From an uncultured Clostridia bacterium (lineage in GTDB: Bacteria; Bacillota; Clostridia; Christensenellales; UBA1242), in NCBI GenBank assembly GCA_947629745.1, contig CANREZ010000002.1:210-64209 (forward strand): DNA of 64,000 nt. The letters are read 5' to 3'. Of this stretch, positions 34,031-44,847 are shown one piece after another. The notes under the pieces were generated by a model. That model made no database searches and was not told the origin of the DNA. It saw only the letters and a program-made list of their open reading frames with translations. Position numbers and translations under genes: made by a program. Position 1 is the stretch's first letter; every line of letters starts with the position of its first letter.

Positions 34031-35162
34031 CAGAAAAAATTCACGCCAAATATTTGTCGCTTACATGGTGTATTTTATGTGTATGTTAGCATTCCTAGCA
34101 GTGAGGATAATTAGTGACAAGCACTTAATATCCGCTGGGTCATATTATCTACAAGAGGCTATATACACCACAATTATCCAAGTAGGGATCATGGTGATAT
34201 TGCCGACTGTATTACTATTTTTGTTCCTCGGCCATACTCCAAAGAGACTAGCGCAAAAAGCGAAGTTTAGACCAGTGAACTTCATGTCAATATTAATATC
34301 TTTTGGCATAGGGATTGTAGTATTTTTCCTAAATATCGCTATATCATCTATGTTCAATGGAATTATCAATTTCACGGGATACACTCCACCATATGGGCTG
34401 GGTGATGGGCTATATATGACATATGACATGAATAGCTTCTACTTTAGCATAGTGTTTACCGCACTACTTCCTGCAATTTGTGAGGAATATTTGCACCGAG
34501 GGTTACTATTATATGAGACACGTGGCATTGGCATCAAGCGTGCCATACTTTTCTCATCACTACTATTTGGACTGCTACATTTTAGCATAGACAAAGTCTT
34601 CTACACTACAATACTTGGCATATTAATAGGATTTGTCGCGGTGTCATCTAGGAGCATTTTCCCTGCAATGATCATACACTTTACCAATAATTTTCTAAAC
34701 GTCTACTTTGACTTTGCATCCGAATTAAATTGGTGGGGAAAAGACCTATACACTGGCATTGAGAATTTCCTATCAAATACCAATTTCTTTCTCACATTCC
34801 TTGCGATATTTGCATTCCTACTCGTGTGTGGAGTAGTGTTATTCTTCCTGATATCAAAGTTATTCAAACATTCCACACTAAGGTCGCTAAATCGTGCGAT
34901 AGACAAAGTCTATGCCGCTCATGATCTAAAAGACGACAATACACCTATAAAATATGAGGCAAGCCGCGTGATAGATGAATTGATTGAGAGCAATTCTACA
35001 CTAAACACCGACTTTAACTATCTGAGAAATCCAATTGATATAGTGCTGCCTAAAGACAAGAGATATGGCAAAATCACTTGGCCGACTATGATATTCCTCT
35101 ATGCTAGCCTCACGCTGGGAGTGCTTGTCACACTTGCTACTTTCATATGGGGATTCCTATAA
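34017..35162 (+). CDS. CPBP-family intramembrane glutamic endopeptidase, tandem paralog
   Basis: CEEYLHRG, LLFGLLHFS and MIIHFTNNF motifs. Overlaps the previous gene by 14 nt. Confidence 0.8.
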   Translation: MAMDSRKNSRQIFVAYMVYFMCMLAFLAVRIISDKHLISAGSYYLQEAIYTTIIQVGIMVILPTVLLFLFLGHTPKRLAQKAKFRPVNFMSILISFGIGIVVFFLNIAISSMFNGIINFTGYTPPYGLGDGLYMTYDMNSFYFSIVFTALLPAICEEYLHRGLLLYETRGIGIKRAILFSSLLFGLLHFSIDKVFYTTILGILIGFVAVSSRSIFPAMIIHFTNNFLNVYFDFASELNWWGKDLYTGIENFLSNTNFFLTFLAIFAFLLVCGVVLFFLISKLFKHSTLRSLNRAIDKVYAAHDLKDDNTPIKYEASRVIDELIESNSTLNTDFNYLRNPIDIVLPKDKRYGKITWPTMIFLYASLTLGVLVTLATFIWGFL

Positions 35163-35638
35163 TGTACGACGAGAAATATTTAATTGCAGCACTAGATGAA
35201 GCGCGAAAAGCTGCAAGATACCAGGATGTGCCAGTAGGGTGTGTGATAGTAAAGGACGGCAAGATTATTGCCCGTGCACATAATAGGAAAGTAGCATCAG
35301 TCGACCCTGTAGCACATAGTGAGATACTGGCTATCCGCAAGGCCGCAAAGAAACTTTATTTATCTAATCTATCCGGATGCGATATGTATGTCACATTCGA
35401 GCCTTGTCTCATGTGCGTTGGCGCCATAATTGGGGCAAGAGTAGATAACGTCTACTATGGCGCGCGGGACTTAAAATTCCCAACCGTAGATAAGATAAAA
35501 GATATCCCAGTGAATCACAAAGTAAATTTCGTGTATGTGGAAAGTAGTCAGTGCAGCGCGATATTAACCGATTTTTTCAAGGAGTTAAGGAATGGTAAAA
35601 GAGGAAACAAGAGTAGAGGTAAAGACAGCAACAATTGA
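35162..35638 (+). CDS. tadA: tRNA adenosine(34) deaminase
   Basis: TAATG overlap with the upstream stop. HSEILAIRKA (HAE) and PCLMCVGAI (PCxxC) zinc motifs. Confidence 0.88.
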   Translation: MYDEKYLIAALDEARKAARYQDVPVGCVIVKDGKIIARAHNRKVASVDPVAHSEILAIRKAAKKLYLSNLSGCDMYVTFEPCLMCVGAIIGARVDNVYYGARDLKFPTVDKIKDIPVNHKVNFVYVESSQCSAILTDFFKELRNGKRGNKSRGKDSNN

Positions 35639-36365
35639 TAGCAGCATGAAGGTGATAATCCTGCTATATGCTAGCCCTGCATTTCACACACTTATGCCGG
35701 GATACAATATGGATATAGCAGGGATTAGTATGCTCGATTGGGTGAAGCGTGCGGCAAAAGGATATCCTACTATTTGCGTAAATGTAGGGAGCGACACAGA
35801 TTTCCTGCCGGATATAGCGGGTGTGCTAGATGAGTCAAAGTACACTGCAATACTATTCTCTGACACTCCACTAATTGACACGAATTGCTTATCGGATATG
35901 CTAGACTATGTAGTCTACAAGGACCAAAATTTAGTGAAATTCACTCGCGCATATGTAGCAAAGACTGAGTATCTAAAGAAATGTGAGAATTTATCCAGTG
36001 CAACCTCTAGCCCAATGCACCAAGATATGTTTTATAAAGTATCAGATATGCGAGATCTATCTGCTGTGCGAGGTGTGATAAATAGACGAATAAATGCTTA
36101 TCACATGAGCTGTGGAGTGAATATTTTAAATCCCGAGAGTGTGAATATCGACGCGATGGTCGAGATAGGGGATAACGTGACAGTCGACGGTCCGTGCAAA
36201 ATACTTGGTGCTAGCCATATTGGGGATAATTGTACGATTAGAGATAGTAGGATCAATGCTTCCGATATTGGCGCAGGTGCTACTATATCTCATAGCGTTA
36301 TCGAGCACTGCAAGATTGCAGAGGGTAGCAAGGTTGGACCGTTTCAGTATCTATCAGATAAATAA
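35592..36365 (+). CDS. GlmU-like protein, truncated and with degenerate nucleotide-binding loop
   Basis: ATG after AAGGAGTTAAGGA. VIILLYASPAFHTLM occupies the position of LAAGKGTRM. The LbH repeats VNIDAMVEIGDNVTV...IGDNCTI...IGAGATI...GPFQYL end where the GlmU acetyltransferase C-terminus would continue. It occupies the glmU position upstream of pth-mfd. Confidence 0.55.
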   Translation: MVKEETRVEVKTATIDSSMKVIILLYASPAFHTLMPGYNMDIAGISMLDWVKRAAKGYPTICVNVGSDTDFLPDIAGVLDESKYTAILFSDTPLIDTNCLSDMLDYVVYKDQNLVKFTRAYVAKTEYLKKCENLSSATSSPMHQDMFYKVSDMRDLSAVRGVINRRINAYHMSCGVNILNPESVNIDAMVEIGDNVTVDGPCKILGASHIGDNCTIRDSRINASDIGAGATISHSVIEHCKIAEGSKVGPFQYLSDK

Positions 36366-36376
36366 TTGAGGATAAT

Positions 36377-36943
36377 ATGAAAGATATATATGTTTTTGTA
36401 GGATTAGGCAATCCAGGGGAGAGATATCGTGACACTCACCACAATATGGGATACATGGCAATTGATCATTATGCACAGTCCCATGGGGTGAATTTTTCTA
36501 AAGCGGAATGCGACGCTGATGTGGCTTATATTATCTCTGGCGATAAGAAAATAATTCTCGCAAAGCCAACGACGTTTATGAATAACTCAGGGCAGAGCGT
36601 GGCAAAATTTGTGAAGAAATACAAAGTGCCACTAGATCATCTAGTGATAATCTATGACGATATAGATATCGAGTGTGGCACACTCCGTATGCGAAAGGCA
36701 GGAAGTGCCGGCACGCACAATGGGATGCGAAGTATTGTGGAATGTTTGGGTGATACAGCATTCCCTAGGATTAGAATTGGCACGGGATATGACCGAAGTT
36801 ATGATCTAGTGGATTTCGTCCTATCTCCGCTAAATGACCTAGAGAGAGCGGTGATTGCAAAGAACAAAATTTTTGAGCGAGTGACAAGCGCTCTGGACAA
36901 ATTCGTTGCAAATGGTGGCGATATTGAGAAAATAATCTTGTAA
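36377..36943 (+). CDS. pth: Peptidyl-tRNA hydrolase
   Basis: VGLGNPGERYRDTHHNMGY, plus the NNSGQSV and GTHNG motifs. Confidence 0.93.
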   Translation: MKDIYVFVGLGNPGERYRDTHHNMGYMAIDHYAQSHGVNFSKAECDADVAYIISGDKKIILAKPTTFMNNSGQSVAKFVKKYKVPLDHLVIIYDDIDIECGTLRMRKAGSAGTHNGMRSIVECLGDTAFPRIRIGTGYDRSYDLVDFVLSPLNDLERAVIAKNKIFERVTSALDKFVANGGDIEKIIL

Positions 36944-36956
36944 GAAGGATACTTGG

Positions 36957-39900
36957 ATGATAAAGAGATTGCTTGGTAATGGGCCACTTTTGAAACTCAT
37001 TACCTGTCTTGATGGACCAGATAGAATTGTTGCCTATGGGTTGGACCTAGAGGCAAGATTTTTGGTGCTGAAAGAAATTGATCATCCTATAATGTACATC
37101 ACATCCGATGATGTGCAGGCAAATAAAATTTGTGACCTTGCTGAGCGCGTGGGATATAGGTCAGCAAAAGTAGTGGCATTTGACTACGACTATAGCATAG
37201 TGGCATCGGACGAAGTGCGATCAAACGCAGATAATATTGCAAGGTTCAATTGTGGGCAAACTGATTTCCTATGCGTTAGCGCTGGGGCATTGCTATCCAA
37301 ATATCCGGGGCACTTATCTTCACTAGAATTTGGCGTAGACGAGGCTGTCCGACCGAATCTTGAGGAGACGTTATCGAGCCTGGGATACTCTAGGACCAGC
37401 GAAATTAGTGGCGTAGGAGATTACTTCCTCCTTGGTGAGAGGCTAGATATCTCAACTCCCGGTGGCAGGTTCAAAATTGATTTTGACTTTGACACAGTGA
37501 GCAAGATTACGTCAGTAAATGGTGACCCACTTCATCCAGATAGGATCACTATTCCGGCACTATCGGTGCTCGGGGCTCGAGACATAGACTTTGACCGATT
37601 GCTAAGTGACTTAAAGCGTAATAAGGGGACCTGCGATATAGATGCTAAGTGCAAGGAACTAGAGAATCTTCGCGAACTAAATATTGGAGATATTCCATAT
37701 CTATTCCCATATAGCAAGGTGGTGGATAGCACAATATTTGACCTCGTGCGCGATGACTGCAAGATAGTGGTCGATGATTACAAGCAAGTGTATGAGACTA
37801 TGCAAAAATATTTGCAAGAGGAAAAGGATGTTATAAAGAATAATAGATCCCTTGGCCTTGCAACCAAATTGCACGAGAGTGCACTATTTAGCATAGAGGA
37901 TGTGAGGATTAGATTATCTAAAACCTCAGTCGTGGGCTTTGGGATAATATCCTCCAATAATAGATTGTTCGACGCGACGAAGTTATTTAGTATACACTCA
38001 AGTCCGGTGATCAATTATGCAAGCCAGCTAAAGATGTTAGCTTGCGACATATCTAGGACTAGCGGATACACTTATATAATATTCTGCGACAATGTGGAAT
38101 TTGCAAAGAGCATATCAGGCGACTTTGATAGGTATAGGATACCTTATGAGATAGTCGGGAATCTCGCTGCAATCAGCAAGGGCACAGTAAATCTTGTGAC
38201 TAAATATTTGCCACTAAGCTCTACATTTGATGCGGATAAGTTGTGTATTATTGGCACCAACCACATACTTAGTGACAAAAAGATTAGTTTCACTCACGAT
38301 GACTATACAGTAGATTTGCCAAAGATTGGTGACTATGTCGTGCATTCATCTTATGGAATTGGAAGGCTAGTCGAGTCAAAGATGATCGATGTGGGTGGCA
38401 CGCAAAAGGAATACTTTGTCATAGAGTACAAAGGCTCGGATAAATTGTATCTGCCATGTGAATACATCGATAGGATCACAAAGTACATAGGCGGGGATCC
38501 AAAACTAAATAAGCTTGGCTCAGGGGACTTCCTAAGGACTAAAGAGAGTGTCAAGAAATCTCTAAAGGCTCTTGCATTTGACCTAAGGGAAGTGTATAGA
38601 GCAAGGACCGGCAAACAGGGCATTGTCATCCCAAGACAGGCTGAATTAGAGGAGATGATAGCATCTACTTTCCCATACGACGAGACAGCTGATCAATTGC
38701 AGGCAATTAGTGATGTTTACAGTGATATGGCATCGGGCAAGATCATGGATAGATTGGTCTGTGGTGATGTGGGATATGGCAAGACTGAGGTGGCCATTCG
38801 TGCAATATTTAGGACAATTATGGCGGGATATCAGGCGCTATTCATGTGCCCTACGACCATCCTTGCTGTGCAGCACTACAATACTTGCCGAGATAGACTG
38901 GCTGAATTTGGCATGAGAGTTGAGATGCTCTCCCGTTATGTGCCGGCTAAGAAGAGAGAAGAGATATACGCGGATTTTCGTGCAGGCAAGATTGATTTGC
39001 TGTGTGGCACACATAGTCTCTTATCCGATAAGATTGAGGCAAAGAATCTAGGACTACTTGTGCTAGATGAGGAACAAAAATTTGGCGTGGGTGACAAGGA
39101 AAAGATAAAGAATATCAAGAGCAGTATCAATGTGCTGACTCTCTCTGCCACACCTATTCCAAGGACACTGCATATGTCACTTGTTGGCATTAGAGATATA
39201 TCCATCATCGGCACTCCGCCATTTAGTAGGCTAAATTGTATCACCAGTGTGACTGGTTATAGCGATGCACTCCTAAAGAACGCAATCATGCGTGAAGTAG
39301 GTAGAGGTGGTCAGATACTTGTAGTCTACAACCGTGTGGAGAAGATATATGCTTTTGCTAGCCACGTGAGGGAATTATTGGATGACCCGAATATCACAAT
39401 CGGCGTGGCGCATGGCAGGCTAGATGAGAAAGAATCTAGTGCCCAGATATATGACCTATATTCTGGAAAGACAAAGGTATTTATCGCAACGACTATTATA
39501 GAAAACGGCATTGACCTGCCGAATGCTAATACACTATTTGTCATAGATAGTGATAGACTAGGTCTTGCGCAGCTCTATCAATTGAAGGGACGTGTAGGCA
39601 GGAGCAATATTCAGGCATATGCGTACTTCACATACAATGAGGGAAGTGTGCTAGGATCTGATGCATACAAGAGACTTGAGAGTATCATGCAATATAGTGA
39701 CTTAGGCTCAGGATACAAGATAGCTATGCGAGACCTTGAGATTCGTGGAGCAGGAGATATATTTGGAGCAGAGCAATCTGGACATATGGGGAAAGTCGGA
39801 TACAATATGTATGTGACCCTGCTTGGTGAGAGTATTGCCGAGCTTGATGGCAAGGCTAAGGTCGATACTGAGTGTGAAGTAGAGACCGATATTGAAGCGG

Positions 39901-40319
39901 TCATCCCTACATACTATCTATCCAGCACGCTTGATAGAGTGTATTGGTACAATCAAATTTCCGGAATATCGGATGATGAGGGACTAAACAAAGTGTACAA
40001 AGCTATGGTAGAGCGTGTGGGTCCAGTGCCAGCGCCGGTGAAAAATATCATGCTCGTTGCTATGCTAAAAAATATCTCTAGCCGCAGTAATATTAAAAAG
40101 GTTATTGTCAATAATTCAAAATGTGAAATGCAATTTACTGACCTATCGTCCATGCAAGATTTTTATCTCGCCCACAGTGATTCACCTATATCCATCATAT
40201 CCGATGTGGGGTATACGATAAAGCTAGAGAGCAATTTGCCAAGGCTAGAGAAAATTATAGAACTATTAAAGTTGCAAGGTGTGCTAAAAAATATTGACGT
40301 AACGTTTGATTTATTATAA
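36957..40319 (+). CDS. mfd: Transcription-repair coupling factor
   Basis: 1,120 aa. CarD-like GDYVVHSSYGIGR, helicase Walker A GDVGYGKTEVA, DEEQ box LVLDEEQKFG, and the TRG region. Lies downstream of pth. Confidence 0.93.
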   Translation: MIKRLLGNGPLLKLITCLDGPDRIVAYGLDLEARFLVLKEIDHPIMYITSDDVQANKICDLAERVGYRSAKVVAFDYDYSIVASDEVRSNADNIARFNCGQTDFLCVSAGALLSKYPGHLSSLEFGVDEAVRPNLEETLSSLGYSRTSEISGVGDYFLLGERLDISTPGGRFKIDFDFDTVSKITSVNGDPLHPDRITIPALSVLGARDIDFDRLLSDLKRNKGTCDIDAKCKELENLRELNIGDIPYLFPYSKVVDSTIFDLVRDDCKIVVDDYKQVYETMQKYLQEEKDVIKNNRSLGLATKLHESALFSIEDVRIRLSKTSVVGFGIISSNNRLFDATKLFSIHSSPVINYASQLKMLACDISRTSGYTYIIFCDNVEFAKSISGDFDRYRIPYEIVGNLAAISKGTVNLVTKYLPLSSTFDADKLCIIGTNHILSDKKISFTHDDYTVDLPKIGDYVVHSSYGIGRLVESKMIDVGGTQKEYFVIEYKGSDKLYLPCEYIDRITKYIGGDPKLNKLGSGDFLRTKESVKKSLKALAFDLREVYRARTGKQGIVIPRQAELEEMIASTFPYDETADQLQAISDVYSDMASGKIMDRLVCGDVGYGKTEVAIRAIFRTIMAGYQALFMCPTTILAVQHYNTCRDRLAEFGMRVEMLSRYVPAKKREEIYADFRAGKIDLLCGTHSLLSDKIEAKNLGLLVLDEEQKFGVGDKEKIKNIKSSINVLTLSATPIPRTLHMSLVGIRDISIIGTPPFSRLNCITSVTGYSDALLKNAIMREVGRGGQILVVYNRVEKIYAFASHVRELLDDPNITIGVAHGRLDEKESSAQIYDLYSGKTKVFIATTIIENGIDLPNANTLFVIDSDRLGLAQLYQLKGRVGRSNIQAYAYFTYNEGSVLGSDAYKRLESIMQYSDLGSGYKIAMRDLEIRGAGDIFGAEQSGHMGKVGYNMYVTLLGESIAELDGKAKVDTECEVETDIEAVIPTYYLSSTLDRVYWYNQISGISDDEGLNKVYKAMVERVGPVPAPVKNIMLVAMLKNISSRSNIKKVIVNNSKCEMQFTDLSSMQDFYLAHSDSPISIISDVGYTIKLESNLPRLEKIIELLKLQGVLKNIDVTFDLL

Positions 40320-40362
40320 TTTTTACTATATAATATCTAAGACAACTATTGGAGTGTGCAAT

Positions 40363-42090
40363 TTGAAAAGAAAATTTTTAACTATCATCCTTGCTCTATT
40401 CATGTGCGTTATGACCCTTACGGGTTGTAATATTTTCGTGCGCGATGATTATGCATATTATAGCCAAATAGTGGCAAGTGTGGATAATATGGATTTCTCC
40501 ATGGAAGACTTGGAATTATACTTCTCGCTATTCAATGGCCAGAATTATATATCTCAGTATAATATGTCGACCGAGGAGGCTTATAGACAAGTCCTAAGCA
40601 ACATGATTGACCGCAGACTGATAACTAATGCTCTACTAAATGGTGATGACTTTAAGGAATTGGGCATTGCTGGAGAAGAGTTTGACAAAGCATACAAGGC
40701 TGATATCATGACCGACGTGTATGAGCAGATCAATAAGGATCTAAAGGTGTATGTCGATGCTATTCTTGACGAGCGTGGGCAGTTAGTGCCAGACGAAGAG
40801 GAAGAAGAGGATAGTGAGGACGAGGAGAGTACCAGTATCTACGAGCATACCACAAAGGACGAGTGGAATACTAATTTCCGTGAGACTACAGACGATGAAG
40901 GACACTGGGCACTTGGCGTAGTGTATGATAGCTATCTGCCAAAGGAAATAGTTGTGCCAGAATTCGTATTCAAATGTGAAGACGAGAGTGTGAAGAGCGA
41001 GGCTTGGAGCAGATATATTAGTTATCTACAGATTACCGCTAATAGACATGGCAGATTCGGCCAGACTGAGGCAGAACTCTTTGCTGATAGAGTACAACAG
41101 CAATACGAGATATCTAGGGAACAAAAGATAATAGATGTTTTCCAGAATTATTACAAGTCCACTGCAAAAGTGAACTTAGCAAAGTATGTCGCAACCTACA
41201 AGCAAAAGTATGAGGAAGCATACAGTAAATATCGCAATGATACAGTAAATACTACTACAAACGATAATCACTATGCTAGTTACAAATCCGATATGGGTGG
41301 CAATCCACAGGATATTTACTATCATATAGACAATGCATATACATCTGTGGCACACGTGCTGATATCATTTAGCACTGCACAAAAGCAGATGATCACTGCG
41401 TGGAAGAATGACAACGACTATGTCACTGAGTCTGCAACAGATGAAGACAAGGCAAAGCTCCAAGTATATCTAGAGCAATTAGCTGGCACCAATGGTGAGA
41501 ATATCACATGCTTCTACACCGATGATAATGGCAAAGAGGCTACCAAGAGTGCAAGCGCTATATATGCTGAGATCCTAGATGCAGTCAATCCTGAGAGCAG
41601 GACTCTCACATTATATGACAAGGCTGATAGGTTCGAGCCATTTGTCTACAAATATTCAGATAATAATGGCGGCTCACAGAATGCAAACTTTGGATTCGTC
41701 GTGCCAGTCAATCCAGATGATGGCAATAACAATTTAGTTGACCAATTCGCAAATGGCGCACGCGACTTGTTTGAGGAGAACCCAAACGGTGGCAATATCA
41801 AATACGTCATATCCGAATATGGCATACACATCATATTTAGCTTTGGCGGAGTGAAAAATTTTGTTTCCCACAACCAGCTAGATAATGTCGATGCGAAATT
41901 GCTTTGGAATACACGTGTGTACCCTATGACTAGCAAGTCAATTCTCGATGTGCTTGCCGAGAACGATGGCTCACTTGATGGGTCCGAAAGACTACAAGAT
42001 ATGCTAACTGATGAGAAAATCAAATTGAAACAAGCAGGCAAAGAAATCACAGTCTACGATTATAGACTAGAGAGTTTGTGGAATATTTAA
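40363..42090 (+). CDS. prsA: PrsA-like foldase lipoprotein (parvulin-type PPIase domain near C-terminus)
   Basis: ORF track starts at 40306. I prefer the TTG at 40363 (GGAG upstream), giving LKRKFLTIILALFMCVMTLTGC with a lipobox. ISEYGIHIIF is parvulin-like. mfd-prsA adjacency is common in Clostridia. Confidence 0.65.
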   Translation: MKRKFLTIILALFMCVMTLTGCNIFVRDDYAYYSQIVASVDNMDFSMEDLELYFSLFNGQNYISQYNMSTEEAYRQVLSNMIDRRLITNALLNGDDFKELGIAGEEFDKAYKADIMTDVYEQINKDLKVYVDAILDERGQLVPDEEEEEDSEDEESTSIYEHTTKDEWNTNFRETTDDEGHWALGVVYDSYLPKEIVVPEFVFKCEDESVKSEAWSRYISYLQITANRHGRFGQTEAELFADRVQQQYEISREQKIIDVFQNYYKSTAKVNLAKYVATYKQKYEEAYSKYRNDTVNTTTNDNHYASYKSDMGGNPQDIYYHIDNAYTSVAHVLISFSTAQKQMITAWKNDNDYVTESATDEDKAKLQVYLEQLAGTNGENITCFYTDDNGKEATKSASAIYAEILDAVNPESRTLTLYDKADRFEPFVYKYSDNNGGSQNANFGFVVPVNPDDGNNNLVDQFANGARDLFEENPNGGNIKYVISEYGIHIIFSFGGVKNFVSHNQLDNVDAKLLWNTRVYPMTSKSILDVLAENDGSLDGSERLQDMLTDEKIKLKQAGKEITVYDYRLESLWNI

Positions 42091-42121
42091 GAGTAAGCGA
42101 TGTGACTTACTCTTTTTTTTT
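42091..42121 (+). terminator. Intrinsic terminator
   Basis: GAGTAAG-CGATGTGA-CTTACTC followed by a T9 run. Confidence 0.85.
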
Positions 42122-42153
42122 GCCTTAAAAATGAGAGATATGGACAAATTGGT

Positions 42154-42181
42154 TTGACACAAAATGCGAAAAACTTATAAA
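42154..42181 (+). promoter_or_regulatory. Possible sigma-A promoter
   Basis: TTGACA, 16-nt spacer, TATAAA. Confidence 0.45.
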
Positions 42182-42205
42182 ATAGTAAGAGTATAAGGAA
42201 ATAAG

Positions 42206-43447
42206 ATGAAAAAGCAAAATAACGAAGCAACGACCGAATTTACCGTAGATAATGACAAATTGCTACCTAGCGATGAAGACCTAAAGCGAGTCGAGATATC
42301 TGACAATAAGATATTAGACGAAGCTAAGCAAAAGATGAAGGAACAAAGTTCCCGTAGGACAAAGATCTTTAACATTGCATTCTTCCTAGTGAATATTGCA
42401 GTGCTTGTCATAATACTCATTGTGCAGCTAAATCGTGACGGAATCAGCAATCTTGGCAGTGCCATTGGAAGCGAAGTAGGTATCAGATATCTATTCCTAG
42501 CACTCGGTGCATTCGCCGCTATCATGTTGGTGGATAGCCTTAGGACATTCATATTGATTCACAAGTCCACTGGACGTGTCATGCCGCTTATATCTTACAA
42601 GTCTACGGCGATGGAGAAATATTATGATAGCATCACGCCACTATCAGTCGGCGGTCAACCATTCATGATATACTACCTATCTCGTTGGAAGATAAAGGCT
42701 AGCACAGCAACGAGCATTCCTATGGCAAGACTAGTGTATAGCCAACTAGCATTCGTCGTGGTATCTATAGTGATACTATTTACTAATCTAGATATATTCA
42801 ATTCCTACCAGGCTGATGCCAATGTGGTTTATGTCATATCCATTGTGGCACTCTGCCTAATATGTTTACTGATACTTAGCATATTTGTGTTATCTTATAG
42901 CAAAGTGGTTGCGCCAAAACTCGTTATGGGGGTATTAAAACTCGGTCACAAAATGCACTTAGTGCGCGACTATGAGGCATCGTTTGAGAATATCATGCGC
43001 CATGTATTAGAATATCAGAAGAGCATGAAATATTTCGCGAAGAGTCTGCCTGTATCGATCGTCTCATTCATACTATCTGCCGGAATTTATTTCCTAAAGG
43101 CTTTAGTGCCATTCTGCATATATCTAGCGATGACTCCAGTGCCAGTAGTCTCATATTTCTCAATATTTGCTAGGATCATACTGTGCGAGCTAGTTGCTCA
43201 CATCATACCTTTCCCAGGTGGGGCAGGAATGGTGGAATTCTCATTCAGCACGCTATTTGCTAGCCTATTCTTGGACGGAACACTATTCTGGGCTATGTTA
43301 TTCTACAGATTATTCTCATACTATATCTACTTGCTCCAAGGATTCTGCGTTATGGTCTATGATTTTGCTATTGGCAATCGCAGGAGGACCAATCGCCCAA
43401 AGAGATTGGAGAGGCGACGAATAAAGAAGATAGAGAGATCTAAATAA
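42206..43447 (+). CDS. Flippase-like membrane protein (UPF0104 / lysyl-phosphatidylglycerol synthase TM-region family)
   Basis: Polytopic. TPLSVGGQPFMIYYL resembles the conserved GGQP segment of PF03706. The C-terminal tail is basic. Confidence 0.55.
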   Translation: MKKQNNEATTEFTVDNDKLLPSDEDLKRVEISDNKILDEAKQKMKEQSSRRTKIFNIAFFLVNIAVLVIILIVQLNRDGISNLGSAIGSEVGIRYLFLALGAFAAIMLVDSLRTFILIHKSTGRVMPLISYKSTAMEKYYDSITPLSVGGQPFMIYYLSRWKIKASTATSIPMARLVYSQLAFVVVSIVILFTNLDIFNSYQADANVVYVISIVALCLICLLILSIFVLSYSKVVAPKLVMGVLKLGHKMHLVRDYEASFENIMRHVLEYQKSMKYFAKSLPVSIVSFILSAGIYFLKALVPFCIYLAMTPVPVVSYFSIFARIILCELVAHIIPFPGGAGMVEFSFSTLFASLFLDGTLFWAMLFYRLFSYYIYLLQGFCVMVYDFAIGNRRRTNRPKRLERRRIKKIERSK

Positions 43448-43452
43448 AAATT

Positions 43453-43477
43453 AGGGTGCATCCGCACCCTTTTTTTT
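43453..43477. terminator. Bidirectional terminator between convergent genes
   Basis: AGGGTGC-ATCC-GCACCCT-TTTTTTT, with an A-run on the other side. Confidence 0.85.
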
Positions 43478-43479
43478 GT

Positions 43480-44787
43480 CTAATTATACTTCACTTCCCG
43501 CATAGGGTCATAGATAGATTGTGCGTCAAAGAATGGGGATAGTTCCTCACTTCTCTCACGTAGAGTCTCTCCACCAACGAGTGTGGTGTGGAGTAGGCCA
43601 TCGCTACATCCAGCCTCATTATCCGCCACTAGGAAATATGTGTAGTCATCTTGCGCCTGCGAGAAATTCTCGCTTTGTTTATCAATATTCCCATTTGGGC
43701 AGAAGTAGCACGAAGTCTTGCCCACTATGCTTGCCACTTCGTTCTCGAATGAGAATAAATTCTTCGCATAGTCCATAGGGCTAGATATGGTCATATCTAG
43801 ATTGCTATATCCGCATGAGCCAAATTCCCAACCGAGCCTCTTTAGTTTCGACACGATGGCGGATACTTTTTTCACCTCATATTTATAATTTGCATTGGAG
43901 TGTTGGGTCTTGTATCCCAGTATTCCATTCTCGCCCGATAGTGTAATTATCCCACGTGCGGAGCGGAAGCTAAAGTCGGGGTTGTTATGGATGAAATTCT
44001 CCATAATTGGCACGAATTCGTTGTCTGTGCTTATTCTATCGCGTATGGATTTCTTGCCCGTGTATGTGGCAATTTCGCCGTCATTATTTATTATTAACCT
44101 ATCTATCTGGCACTTGTAATCATTGCCATAACACACGTTGTCGAAGATTAGGATTATAGGTCGTTTACCTTCGGGAAGTCGCCTGTCGCTGGAGAGATAA
44201 TTGCTATCCACTAGCACGTAACCATTGTCGTAAAGCTCGGATAGGATGCTTCGGAATTCCCTTGGCGTTATATATTCTCTATCTAGGATGTTAGCATTTG
44301 GATTTTTGCTAGTCAGGGCATATTCGGGGAATGCAAGTAAGGGCTTAAATGCTAGGCTAAAAACCTCTCCGTTGTAATCCACAAGTTCTCGGTCGGAGAG
44401 GATATTCTTTAGCCGTTTGATGGTGGAGGTCACATTCTCGTCAGTTGAGTAATAACGCGAGTTTTCTACAAGGATGGATAAGGCTTGCTCAATATCTCCC
44501 TCGCGCTCATAGGCATGAGATAAGAGGAGTAATTTTTGTTTGAATTTCCCTAGAGTGTCATCTATAGGAATTTTTAGTTTGTCATACACCGCTGTCATAT
44601 CGTTATTTTTTAATATCTCATATGCACCCTCATAGTCACCGGAATTGTATCTATCTTGGAATGCTTGTAGCATTGCATCGCACTGATACTGACTATAAAT
44701 TGCACCTGCCGGGCTGGCGTAGGTGTCAGGCACAAGGTACAGTGCAAATAGCATGATAATTAGCGCGAAAAATACAAATTTTTTCAT
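43480..44787 (-). CDS. Secreted protein with TPR-like N-terminus and possible diverged NodB-type (polysaccharide deacetylase-like) domain
   Basis: Signal peptide. ITPREFRSILSELYDNGYVLV and PIILIFDNVCYG resemble deacetylase-fold segments, but the TFDDG catalytic motif is not conserved. Confidence 0.35.
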   Translation of the reverse strand: MKKFVFFALIIMLFALYLVPDTYASPAGAIYSQYQCDAMLQAFQDRYNSGDYEGAYEILKNNDMTAVYDKLKIPIDDTLGKFKQKLLLLSHAYEREGDIEQALSILVENSRYYSTDENVTSTIKRLKNILSDRELVDYNGEVFSLAFKPLLAFPEYALTSKNPNANILDREYITPREFRSILSELYDNGYVLVDSNYLSSDRRLPEGKRPIILIFDNVCYGNDYKCQIDRLIINNDGEIATYTGKKSIRDRISTDNEFVPIMENFIHNNPDFSFRSARGIITLSGENGILGYKTQHSNANYKYEVKKVSAIVSKLKRLGWEFGSCGYSNLDMTISSPMDYAKNLFSFENEVASIVGKTSCYFCPNGNIDKQSENFSQAQDDYTYFLVADNEAGCSDGLLHTTLVGGETLRERSEELSPFFDAQSIYDPMREVKYN

Positions 44788-44847
44788 AACTTAGTTTGTG
44801 CTAAATTTGTGGGGTATTATACCTGAATTTCCGTCAATAATTAGGGT

